DNA of 64,000 nt, taken from contig CAXXYH010000004.1 in the NCBI GenBank assembly GCA_963677925.2, positions 1,600,001 to 1,664,000 on the forward strand, given 5' to 3'. Every line of letters begins with the position of its first letter. Position 1 is the stretch's first letter. The position numbers were made by a program, and so were the translations under genes. The DNA comes from Spirochaetia bacterium. Lineage in GTDB: Bacteria; Spirochaetota; Spirochaetia; UBA9216. Below the pieces are notes generated by a model. That model was given only the letters and a program-made list of their open reading frames with translations, was not told the origin of the DNA and ran no database searches. Below, piece by piece: positions 48,810-57,274 of this stretch.

Positions 48810-49127
48810 TTGACTGAAAGGCTTGCCTTTAAAATGAAACTGAAGCCGGGGATGGCGGAGGAGTATAAGGCTCGGCATGATGCAATCTGGCCGGAACTGG
48901 TCGGGCTGCTCAAGGATGCGGGAGTCTCTGATTATTCTATATTCCTGGATGAGGAGACTAGTACGCTCTTTGCTGTCCAGAAATCCTCCGGTGAAGGCGG
49001 CAGTCAGGACCTTGGTGCAAATCCTGTTGTTCACCGATGGTGGGAATATATGGCCGATATTATGGATACAAATCCGGACAATTCACCGGTAAGTATTCCG
49101 CTTAAGGAAGTTTTTTATCTGGAGTAG
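48810..49127 (+). CDS. rhaM: L-rhamnose mutarotase
   Basis: [35 protein letters not shown]; TTG start after AGGAGG. Confidence 0.93.
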   Translation: MTERLAFKMKLKPGMAEEYKARHDAIWPELVGLLKDAGVSDYSIFLDEETSTLFAVQKSSGEGGSQDLGANPVVHRWWEYMADIMDTNPDNSPVSIPLKEVFYLE

Positions 49128-49167
49128 CCGCCGGATGCATGCTGCGGCAGTCCCCGATTTAATGGCG

Positions 49168-49202
49168 CTCAATACGGCTGTATTTAACTCAGCCGTATTG
49201 AG
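49168..49202. terminator. Hairpin between the convergent rhaM and PqqD genes
   Basis: Perfect 13-bp stem CTCAATACGGCTG/CAGCCGTATTGAG. Confidence 0.6.
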
Positions 49203-49217
49203 TGGAGCCCCATTGGT

Positions 49218-49499
49218 TTAGTAGTCGATTAGTTTTTTGGATCTGCAGTCTTCAAGAAACAGCTTAAGATCGTTTACAAGTACTTCTTCTTCAATACCGT
49301 AATCTTTCATGAGCCCGGAAATGATTCCATCAGTATCCAGACCTTTAGTCAGCATCTTCCATATCTCCATGCCTGTTTCCCTGAATGTGTGAATTTCATC
49401 ACTGCCGGCAATTACAACTACTACTTCATCACCCAGGTCTCTTTCGCTCAGGTTGGGGGCTATATTCACTTTTCGGGGAAGTATATTTTCAGTGTTCAT
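49218..49499 (-). CDS. PqqD-family protein (RiPP recognition element)
   Basis: 93 aa; three strands (ERDLGDEVVVV...IHTF), then TGMEIWKML...LMKDY...DLKLFL..KLI helices; AGGAG SD. Confidence 0.85.
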   Translation of the reverse strand: MNTENILPRKVNIAPNLSERDLGDEVVVVIAGSDEIHTFRETGMEIWKMLTKGLDTDGIISGLMKDYGIEEEVLVNDLKLFLEDCRSKKLIDY

Positions 49500-49520
49500 T
49501 TTTAATCTCCTGTTATCAGC

Positions 49521-50363
49521 TCAGTCTGAAATCCGTTCAATCACTTTCCAGAATCCGGGATCCTTTCTGAAGCTCAGCTCGTATACCGGAACCCTTCGGC
49601 ATAATTCAGAGGCAATATCTATCTGCTTAAGGTAATCCTCGCTCTGCATAAAATCACCAACACCTACCGGCGGAATCAGCTGGGATGCAATTAGCTTGAT
49701 CGGGGTCGCACCGCTTACCGGAACAATGCCGTGCTCAGCTGCTTTTTTCAGAATGAAAATACCTGCAAGCGGGGCACTGCCGGACTCCTTGATTCTATAT
49801 AATCCATTGAAGGGGGTTGAAACAAGTTCGGGTTCAGAGTTGCTGAGGTCGGCGATGCATATTTCGTCATTTATAATTTTATAATCGGAAGAAAGGGCCG
49901 CTGCGGTTGATTTGCCGGCCTCAGATGCTCCGACAAACAGATAGCCCCGGCTGTCCTTTATAACGCCGCTGGAATGTACAAGCGGCATTGAGCCGTACGA
50001 TTCTCCGCAGGCAGTCACATAGGCCTGATAGATAATCTGCTCAAACACTCTTGAGGCGGAAGTTTCAACAAGTACAGGGTGGATCAGAAGTTCTGCAGTT
50101 TTTCTTTCGGGAGTGTACTTGCCCGACATCATGCCGCCTTCGATAGTGAATCCGTCACCATCCCGGCGTTTTGAATGAAACAGAGAATCGGGGACAATAT
50201 CAATTTCAGTACTGCGGTCCATCAGCCTTATTTTCAGCCGGACATCAGGAGCAGCATCGCTGTTTTGTCCCATAAAGTACTCAAGCATGTTATCTCTGAG
50301 CCATCGATTTCTGAAATCAAGACAGACTGTTTTTCCGCCTGCCTTAAGGTTGAATTTAAACAC
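49521..50363 (-). CDS. HPr kinase-related P-loop protein
   Basis: VHSSGV...YLFVGASEAGKST...INDE...STPFNG; GTG start. Confidence 0.75.
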   Translation of the reverse strand: MFKFNLKAGGKTVCLDFRNRWLRDNMLEYFMGQNSDAAPDVRLKIRLMDRSTEIDIVPDSLFHSKRRDGDGFTIEGGMMSGKYTPERKTAELLIHPVLVETSASRVFEQIIYQAYVTACGESYGSMPLVHSSGVIKDSRGYLFVGASEAGKSTAAALSSDYKIINDEICIADLSNSEPELVSTPFNGLYRIKESGSAPLAGIFILKKAAEHGIVPVSGATPIKLIASQLIPPVGVGDFMQSEDYLKQIDIASELCRRVPVYELSFRKDPGFWKVIERISD

Positions 50364-50811
50364 CTTTTATTATCCTTTTTAAAACAGCTTTGAAATCCCT
50401 CATTACGGTCAGGATTTGTGTTTTTACAAACCGGCGCCGGGCCTGTCCTGCTGTCCATTTCTTATCATCATATTCCGATATCCCGTCCTGACCGCTTCGT
50501 CTGCCGGATGTCACCCTTCCGATAATCCGGCTTACTGAAATCCACGAACCGTCAGTATTGCCGTCGCCCTTCTGGTATATCCTTCCTGAAAATATATTGA
50601 TAAAAAGTATACGGTGAAAGTAAATAATTCCGTTCTCATAAAAAACTGCAATCATTCCGGGTTTAAGTTCTGATTCAGCTTCTGTCCGGTCAAGAATCAG
50701 AATCTCAACCTCATCACCGGGCAGAAAACCGGGAGCCATGCTGCCGGAAAGTACCGGAACCCAGGCGCGCTCGCCGGGTTTCATTGAAAGAAGATTTACA
50801 GCTTCCGCCAT
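50356..50811 (-). CDS. S24/S26-family peptidase without a TM anchor
   Basis: VLSGSMAP..GD, FHRI, KGDGN, IIGRV. Confidence 0.8.
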   Translation of the reverse strand: MAEAVNLLSMKPGERAWVPVLSGSMAPGFLPGDEVEILILDRTEAESELKPGMIAVFYENGIIYFHRILFINIFSGRIYQKGDGNTDGSWISVSRIIGRVTSGRRSGQDGISEYDDKKWTAGQARRRFVKTQILTVMRDFKAVLKRIIKGV

Positions 50812-52004
50812 CAGATTGAGCCTCTGAAAAAGCGTTTTACCGGCGGTTTGAAGATCCGGTGTATGATGAAGATGCTTTTCAGTTTGTTTTTTAACTGTCC
50901 ACCGTATACGAAGGGCAGGAGTATGCTGTACAGAACCGTGTATGTCCGCTTTGATTCAGTCATTGAGTGAAGACAGCCGTGCTGGATTAGTCTGAAAATA
51001 CGTTCGCTTTTTCTAAGCCTGGTTTTAAGTGTCATGATAACTTTTTCCGGTACTGTGCCTGGAAAGAAGTACTCAAGCATTTCAAGTGAAAAGAGTGAAA
51101 AGCCTGCAGTGACGGTTATCTCTGCAGTTGAAAGAAAGTCTTCCCAGTCAAAACCGGGCTGTGAACACAGATGTTTCATATCAAGGGTATACCGGAGTGT
51201 AAACTTATATTTTACAACCGAACGCCTGAAAGCGTTATGCATACAGATAAGCCAGAGGTTGTCGGATGGTGTCAGTATTCTGCAGCCTAAATCTTCAGAG
51301 TAAACAGATCGTTCAAGAAGCTTGTCGCTGTGCAGCCATAGTTTATCAAGGTTGAAACTGTAGACCCTGCTCCTTTCGAAGGGGTGGGTATGAATTTCAG
51401 TCAGCAGATCGTCTTTTTCCGAGAGGTATTCGAACTGGTTAGTCCAGCTCTTAAGTGAGTCTATGTTTCCGTCCAGGTCTTCGCTTTTCAGATAAAGTTT
51501 TCTCGCATCACCTTTGTAGGTGAATCCGTTTTTAAGCATAATCCGATGGACTTCTGCTATGTCATTCTCTTTTATCAGGAGGTCCAGATCGTTCACATCC
51601 CTCGGGATCTCGGAGCTGCCAAGGCTGAAACCTTTTAAGAGACAGAGTTCAATACCGGCCTTTTCAAGAAGTGATTTTATAAGTTCAAGTTTTTCAAAAT
51701 ATATCGTTTTTTCCAGAGCGGCAAGTTTATCAATCCGCTGCAGAGTGGAGACTGTTCCTTCAGGCAGTCTGCTTTCCGGCCGAGGATGGGGCTTATCTCT
51801 CTGTTCATCCAATATCAGGTATGCAAAACTCCTAAGCAGTTTATGAGTTTGAAGAAGTCTGAAAATAAAATTCCAGTCAAGGCCGGCGGTATTTATTCCG
51901 GAGACGGCGGCCGGGTATTTTCGGTCTGTAAAGAAACTGAGTATGAACTTCTCTTCCTCTGACAGTCTTGAATTTAATTTCATTTTACAGAAAGACTTTA
52001 TCAC
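50811..52004 (-). CDS. Nucleotidyltransferase family protein (NTP_transf_5-like)
   Basis: LDW...H, CLLKG, RDVNDLDLLI, EIH, H...LDM, DW. Confidence 0.8.
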   Translation of the reverse strand: MIKSFCKMKLNSRLSEEEKFILSFFTDRKYPAAVSGINTAGLDWNFIFRLLQTHKLLRSFAYLILDEQRDKPHPRPESRLPEGTVSTLQRIDKLAALEKTIYFEKLELIKSLLEKAGIELCLLKGFSLGSSEIPRDVNDLDLLIKENDIAEVHRIMLKNGFTYKGDARKLYLKSEDLDGNIDSLKSWTNQFEYLSEKDDLLTEIHTHPFERSRVYSFNLDKLWLHSDKLLERSVYSEDLGCRILTPSDNLWLICMHNAFRRSVVKYKFTLRYTLDMKHLCSQPGFDWEDFLSTAEITVTAGFSLFSLEMLEYFFPGTVPEKVIMTLKTRLRKSERIFRLIQHGCLHSMTESKRTYTVLYSILLPFVYGGQLKNKLKSIFIIHRIFKPPVKRFFRGSI

Positions 52005-52055
52005 ATTTATGCATTATGAAAAACTGCAGATTCAGCTAATCACCAACTCCAGTCT

Positions 52056-52262
52056 TCAGCCTGATGTTGACGCTCCGGAGGTGTCGTCAGGTTCGGAGGT
52101 ATCTGAATCTGTGCTATCGCTGTCGGTGTCAGTATCCGGATAATCCTGTTCCGTGTCTGTATCGGTCGTATCTGTTCCTGCACCGGGATCGGGATTACAT
52201 GCTGAAAGGGAAAAAGCAGTTATAAGTATTAATATTAGTAATACGGCTGAGATTTTTTTCAT
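52056..52262 (-). CDS. Small acidic Ser/Thr/Asp-rich lipoprotein (68 aa), candidate modified substrate
   Basis: MKKISAVLLILILITAFSLSA-C lipoprotein signal plus a 46-aa low-complexity tail; start moved to ATG 52262. Confidence 0.7.
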   Translation of the reverse strand: MKKISAVLLILILITAFSLSACNPDPGAGTDTTDTDTEQDYPDTDTDSDSTDSDTSEPDDTSGASTSG

Positions 52263-52493
52263 ATGATTCCAAATATATACCAGAAAAACAATCCCTACAA
52301 TAAACAACCGTCTCTTCTTGACTATACCGGCCGGAGTAATTAAATTGAGATAATCAGGTCGACTGGTTCAGCGGCCATGATGTGCAGAATTTAAATCATA
52401 TCTTATCAATTGGTTCAGACTTGATCTGGGGAGGACAGGTACTAATGAACAAATTCAGTAATCACCAAATTTTAAATTTACACATAAAGCATA

Positions 52494-53285
52494 ATGAAAA
52501 AGGGAAGGGCGATGGTTCTTGCAGTTGATATAGGCAGCACTGTAATCTTCGGCGGAGTTCTCAAGGAAGGAAAGCTTCTGGCCGATTTCAGAAAGAGTAC
52601 AGCCGCGGCTTTAACGGAGGATGAGCTTGGACTCTTCTTTCTAAGCTGGCTGACGGCCAACGGAAAAAGCCGTGAAGATGTAGACGCTGCAGTCTTCTGC
52701 TCGGTTGTTCCCGAGCTTAATGCGGTTATGAACGGCTGTATCCGGAAATATTTCGGTATTGAAGCCCTGAGTCTGAAGGCCGGCGTTAAAAGCGGGCTTA
52801 AGCTGCGGTATTCAAATCCCCGTGAGCTTGGCGCTGATTTGATAGCAAATGCTGTGGCGGCATCCAAACTGTATCCGGATGAAAACCTGATTATCGTTGA
52901 CTTCGGAACTGCAACAAGTCTCTGCGCGGTCAGTTCGGCGGGTGAATATCTCGGGGGTACCCTGATTCCCGGGCTATCCGTTGCGATGGAAGCCCTGTCG
53001 GCGCGGACTGCAGGACTGCCTGTGGTGGAAATACAGCCTGTTGATAAGGTCTGTGCCCGGGATGTGTCCGGCGGAATCCAGAGCGGACTGTATTACGGTA
53101 CTCTTGGAATGCTGAAGGAACTTACCGGCCGTATGGAGGATGAGTGTTTTTCCTCCGAAGGCTGCAGGATTATCTCTACCGGGATGTATGCTGATCTCTA
53201 TTCAGGCTTCGGCCTATTCGACAAAAATGTTCCCGAACTTGTCCTCCTCGGACTCGAACAGATTCATCTGTATAATCTGAACTGA
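52494..53285 (+). CDS. coaX: Type III pantothenate kinase
   Basis: LAVDIGST, CSVVP, ELGAD, IVDFGTAT, YLGG..IPG; true start may be ATG 52512. Confidence 0.9.
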   Translation: MKKGRAMVLAVDIGSTVIFGGVLKEGKLLADFRKSTAAALTEDELGLFFLSWLTANGKSREDVDAAVFCSVVPELNAVMNGCIRKYFGIEALSLKAGVKSGLKLRYSNPRELGADLIANAVAASKLYPDENLIIVDFGTATSLCAVSSAGEYLGGTLIPGLSVAMEALSARTAGLPVVEIQPVDKVCARDVSGGIQSGLYYGTLGMLKELTGRMEDECFSSEGCRIISTGMYADLYSGFGLFDKNVPELVLLGLEQIHLYNLN

Positions 53286-53303
53286 TCTTCATCGGAGGAT
53301 TAG

Positions 53304-54194
53304 ATGAACGAAAAACAGAATGCGACATGGAAACTTAAGGTAGGCCTTGCCGAGATGCTTAAGGGCGGGGTGATTATGGATGTAGTCACCGAAGAACATG
53401 CTAAAATTGCCGAAGACGCAGGCGCTTCGGCGGTTATGGCTCTGGAGCGTGTTCCGGCCGATATACGCGCTTCGGGAGGGGTTGCCAGAATGAGTGATCC
53501 CGATTTGATTCAGCGGATTCAGGAAGCGGTTTCAATTCCGGTAATGGCTAAATGCAGAATCGGGCATGTTATGGAAGCCCGGATGCTTGAAGCAATGAAG
53601 ATTGACTTTATCGACGAATCGGAGGTTCTTACTCCTGCTGATGACCGCTACCATGTCTACAAACATGATTTCACAGTGCCCTTCGTCTGCGGCTGCCGTA
53701 ATCTCGGCGAAGCTCTGAGGCGTATTTCTGAGGGGGCTGCCCTTATCAGGACTAAGGGTGAGGCCGGAACCGGCGATATAGTAGAGGCTGTACGTCACAT
53801 GCGTACACTGAAAGAGGATATCGCTCAGCTTGCCTCTCTGCCGCGGGAAACCCTGGTGTCAAAGGCCAAGGAGCTTGGGGCTCCTGCAGAGCTGGTTATT
53901 CTGACGGCAGAGGCGGGGCGTCTTCCAGTGCCGAACTTTTCCGCGGGCGGCGTGGCTACTCCAGCCGATGCCGCTTTGATGATGTATCTGGGGGCGGAGT
54001 CAGTATTTGTCGGTTCAGGAATCTTTAAATCAGCCGACCCTGCCAAAAGAGCATCGGCAATAGTTGAGGCTGTGAGTCACTATGAAGATGCGGACAGACT
54101 TGTTTCCGTATCGAGAAATCTCGGAGCGCCTATGACCGGAATAAATATGGATGAACTGCTTCCGGAACAGCGCATAGCTGTCAGAGGATGGTGA
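53304..54194 (+). CDS. pdxS: PLP synthase lyase subunit
   Basis: [47 protein letters not shown]. Confidence 0.96.
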   Translation: MNEKQNATWKLKVGLAEMLKGGVIMDVVTEEHAKIAEDAGASAVMALERVPADIRASGGVARMSDPDLIQRIQEAVSIPVMAKCRIGHVMEARMLEAMKIDFIDESEVLTPADDRYHVYKHDFTVPFVCGCRNLGEALRRISEGAALIRTKGEAGTGDIVEAVRHMRTLKEDIAQLASLPRETLVSKAKELGAPAELVILTAEAGRLPVPNFSAGGVATPADAALMMYLGAESVFVGSGIFKSADPAKRASAIVEAVSHYEDADRLVSVSRNLGAPMTGINMDELLPEQRIAVRGW

Positions 54195-54195
54195 A

Positions 54196-54780
54196 ATGAC
54201 AATAGGTGTGCTTGCTCTGCAGGGCGGATTTTCCGCCCACCTGGGCATTCTTGAAAAAATGGGTACCGAGATATCTGAGGTCCGTACAGCAGAAGAGCTT
54301 GCTGCAGCGGATGCTCTTGTTATTCCCGGCGGTGAGAGCTCTGTGATTGCCGATCTGCTTGTACGTAACTGCATGTTTGAACCGCTAAAAGAAAAGATTG
54401 ATGCCGGATTTCCGGTCTTCGGTACCTGTGCCGGAATGATCATGCTGTCTAAATCAGCTTCCGGCGGAAAAGCCGTAAAGACGCTTGATGTGATGGATAT
54501 CGATGTTGAACGAAACGCATACGGAACCCAGGCCGACAGCTTTGAAGCACCGCTTAAGTGGGAGTCCGGCCCGATGCGTGGCGGCTATTTTGTCGGTATT
54601 TTTATCAGGGCGCCGAGGGTAGTCAGGTTTGGAGGCGGCGTAGATGTTCTTTCATCATGGCGTGACAGTCCGGTCCTTCTTCGGCAGGGCAGTATTCTTG
54701 CTTCCTGTTTTCATCCCGAGCTTGCCGGCAATTCCGGAGTTCATGAATATTTTGTAAATCATATAGTGAAGAAAGCATAG
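54196..54780 (+). CDS. pdxT: PLP synthase glutaminase subunit
   Basis: GVLALQG, PGGES, GTCAG, FIRAP, FHPEL. Confidence 0.95.
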   Translation: MTIGVLALQGGFSAHLGILEKMGTEISEVRTAEELAAADALVIPGGESSVIADLLVRNCMFEPLKEKIDAGFPVFGTCAGMIMLSKSASGGKAVKTLDVMDIDVERNAYGTQADSFEAPLKWESGPMRGGYFVGIFIRAPRVVRFGGGVDVLSSWRDSPVLLRQGSILASCFHPELAGNSGVHEYFVNHIVKKA

Positions 54781-54848
54781 TGAGGCTTTTAATCAATCTG
54801 TCGTGCGGCTGCCGGGGCTCTTGTCCCTGCAGTCTTCTGCTGCTTTGT

Positions 54849-56441
54849 TCAGGCCTTCGGAAGGCTCAGGACAAAGCGGCAGCCTCCTGATTCCCGGTTC
54901 TCTATGCTGCAGCTTCCGTTGTAATAATCGGTGATTGCCTGCACAATGGATAATCCCAGGCCGGAATGATTTTTCCGATCTTCATCACTGCGATCGGAAT
55001 AGAACCGTCTGAATACTTCCTGTTCTGTGCCTGCCGGAACTCCAGGCCCTGCATCTGATATTTCAATCCAGCATGCGTCCTCATCTTCGAACAGCCTCAC
55101 TTCCACTTCAGAACCTTCCGAACTGAAAGACAGAGCATTATCCACAGGGTTGGTTACGGCCTGAACAAGGCGGTCTATGTTTATTCTGATGCCGCATTCT
55201 TTGCCTGTCAGGTCGGTGAATTTTATCCGGCTGTATCTGGAAAGGATGACCGGAAGGACTTCGGAAAGATTAACATCTTCCTTTTTTTCGATTTCAAACA
55301 TATTTTCAAGGCTGCTGATTTCACGAAGTTCACCAAGCTGTCTCTCCATCCGTTTCTCTTCATCAAGAATCTGGTTCAGCAGGATCGAGAGGTCCGGGTC
55401 TTCGGAAAGCTTTGCAGCTTTTTTAGAGGCAATTTCGGCAGAGGCTTTGATTGCAGAGAGCGGGTTTTTAAGTTCGTGCAGCATGTCAGAAGTAAATCTG
55501 TCTATGAACTCCATCTTGTTTTCAAGATCTCCGCTGAGTTTTGTCAGTGAGCGTGAAAGCTCGCCTATCTCATCACCCCGTTTAAATCCGGTGAAATGGT
55601 TGCGGAAGTTGCCGGAGCTGTCAAGGATTGTTCCGGCTTCGTTTTTAAGTTTCACCACCGGAATTGTTATGCTGCGGGCAAGGATGATCGAGAGAAGTAC
55701 CGAGATCGCCAGAAAAAGCAGGAAGATCCGGATTATATCAAGACGAAGTTCATACAGGTAGCTGAGGATCTGGTAGGTTGACCGTGAAACAAGGACCGCC
55801 CCGCAGACCTTGAACTGCTGTTCATCGGAATATACCGGGAGCGCCGAGTACAGGTTGATTGAGCGCTGACCGCCTGTGGAAAGCCGGGTTGCTGCCCCGT
55901 ACCGGCCGCTGAGCGCCGCTTTGATTTCGTCGCCGTCCAGCACTGTTTTACCGCTGTAGTATTCACCGCTTCCCATGTCAGGCGATGGAGGAAATATCAG
56001 CTTCTCAAGTGCATTCAACGGATAGACTGCAATTCTGTATAGCAGGGTATCCTGTGCGGCTGTAATCTCTTCCGGGTAGTTTTCAAAAGAATCAGCTGAT
56101 ACTCTTTTGGATATTGTCCATTCGTCAGCTATGGATTCAGTATTGTCCTCCTGACGTGCCGAATCTGCAAGAAGCATCCCCTGTTCATCTACTATTCTGA
56201 TTCTTGAATCAACCCTCTGTCGGAGATCGCCAATTATCCGCCGGGCATCCGCCTGCAGATTCGCGGAGGCGTTCAGCGCAGCGCTCAGCATCCGCCCCTG
56301 CTGAATCATTGAGTTTTCCTGAGCCTTCAGCAGCTGGCTCTCGTATGTGTCAAGATAAAGTATGCTTGCCATAGGCAGAGAAAGAAGCAGTATATTGAAA
56401 GCCAGCAGCTTTACCGATATTTTTCGAAGCCCGAACTTCAT
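54849..56441 (-). CDS. Sensor histidine kinase, ChvG/CreC-like
   Basis: LLAFNILLLSLPMASILYLD TM1, RIRIVDEQGMLLADS, DEIGELS HAMP, HELKNPL, DAGPG, HSGLGL. Confidence 0.88.
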   Translation of the reverse strand: MKFGLRKISVKLLAFNILLLSLPMASILYLDTYESQLLKAQENSMIQQGRMLSAALNASANLQADARRIIGDLRQRVDSRIRIVDEQGMLLADSARQEDNTESIADEWTISKRVSADSFENYPEEITAAQDTLLYRIAVYPLNALEKLIFPPSPDMGSGEYYSGKTVLDGDEIKAALSGRYGAATRLSTGGQRSINLYSALPVYSDEQQFKVCGAVLVSRSTYQILSYLYELRLDIIRIFLLFLAISVLLSIILARSITIPVVKLKNEAGTILDSSGNFRNHFTGFKRGDEIGELSRSLTKLSGDLENKMEFIDRFTSDMLHELKNPLSAIKASAEIASKKAAKLSEDPDLSILLNQILDEEKRMERQLGELREISSLENMFEIEKKEDVNLSEVLPVILSRYSRIKFTDLTGKECGIRINIDRLVQAVTNPVDNALSFSSEGSEVEVRLFEDEDACWIEISDAGPGVPAGTEQEVFRRFYSDRSDEDRKNHSGLGLSIVQAITDYYNGSCSIENRESGGCRFVLSLPKA

Positions 56442-57130
56442 TCGTCAATCCTCAAGCGGTATCCAAAGCCGTAAACGGCTTCAAATACCTCTGCGTCAGA
56501 ATCATAATCCTTGATCTTCTTCCTGATTCTCTTTATATGGCTGTCGGCAGCCCTGTCGTTTACGTATAAATCCTCAGGGAAGGCTGCTGACATCAGCTGT
56601 TCCCTGGTTTTAACGGTGCCGGGAGCTGCTGCTAACGATTCAAGTATTCTGAACTCTGTAACCGAAAGTTTCACCTGCTGTGCTTTCCACCGGCATATCA
56701 GCTCTGATGAGCACATCTGAAGCGGTCCTGTTTCAATGTTCCATGTACTGCACGCCGGAACTGCTGCACCGATCCGCCTTACAGCCGCCCGTATGCGTGC
56801 CGTAAGCTCCATCATGCTGAACGGCTTGCACACGTAGTCATCCGCTCCGGTTTCAAGGCCGAGAACCCTGTCGTATTCATCATCCCGTGATGATAGAAAA
56901 ATTACCGGAACAGCACTGTCTATGCTTCTTATTCTGCGGCAGAGCTCAAGACCGTTAATCCGCGGCATCATTATATCAAGTATGATGACATCCGGCCTCT
57001 GTTCCTTGAAATCGGCCCAGGCCGTTTCTCCGTTGGAATATTCGCTTACTTCAAAGCCCTCCTCCCGGAGCGCCAGCGTTATGAGATTTCTGATTCCCTT
57101 TTCATCGTCAACAACGGCAACCCTATGCAT
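56438..57130 (-). CDS. OmpR-family response regulator, ChvI-like
   Basis: VVDDE, LDIMMP, KPFS; wHTH LSVTEFRIL...VKTREQLM...DSHIKRIRKK...YGFGY; start moved to 57130. Confidence 0.88.
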   Translation of the reverse strand: MHRVAVVDDEKGIRNLITLALREEGFEVSEYSNGETAWADFKEQRPDVIILDIMMPRINGLELCRRIRSIDSAVPVIFLSSRDDEYDRVLGLETGADDYVCKPFSMMELTARIRAAVRRIGAAVPACSTWNIETGPLQMCSSELICRWKAQQVKLSVTEFRILESLAAAPGTVKTREQLMSAAFPEDLYVNDRAADSHIKRIRKKIKDYDSDAEVFEAVYGFGYRLRIDE

Positions 57131-57190
57131 ATTCAATAAAATACCATAATTATATCGAACTGTAATCATGACTTTTGCTTCCTTGGTTAA

Positions 57191-57228
57191 CTGCCTTAAT
57201 TCTGCCTTTTTTCTGCCGCGATAGCGCC
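57191..57228 (+). promoter_or_regulatory. Phased direct repeats upstream of creD (candidate response-regulator boxes)
   Basis: GCC at 57193, 57204, 57215 and 57226 (11-bp period; first three are CTGCC). Confidence 0.6.
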
Positions 57229-57274
57229 TGCAGCCGGGTATAAGCTTGGAATCAAATTATGAAGGAGCAATACT

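Noticed and set aside
49218-52262. Lasso peptide or PQQ biosynthetic cluster
   Set aside because: There is no asparagine-synthetase-like cyclase, no B2 protease, no lasso-like precursor, and no pqqB/C/E.
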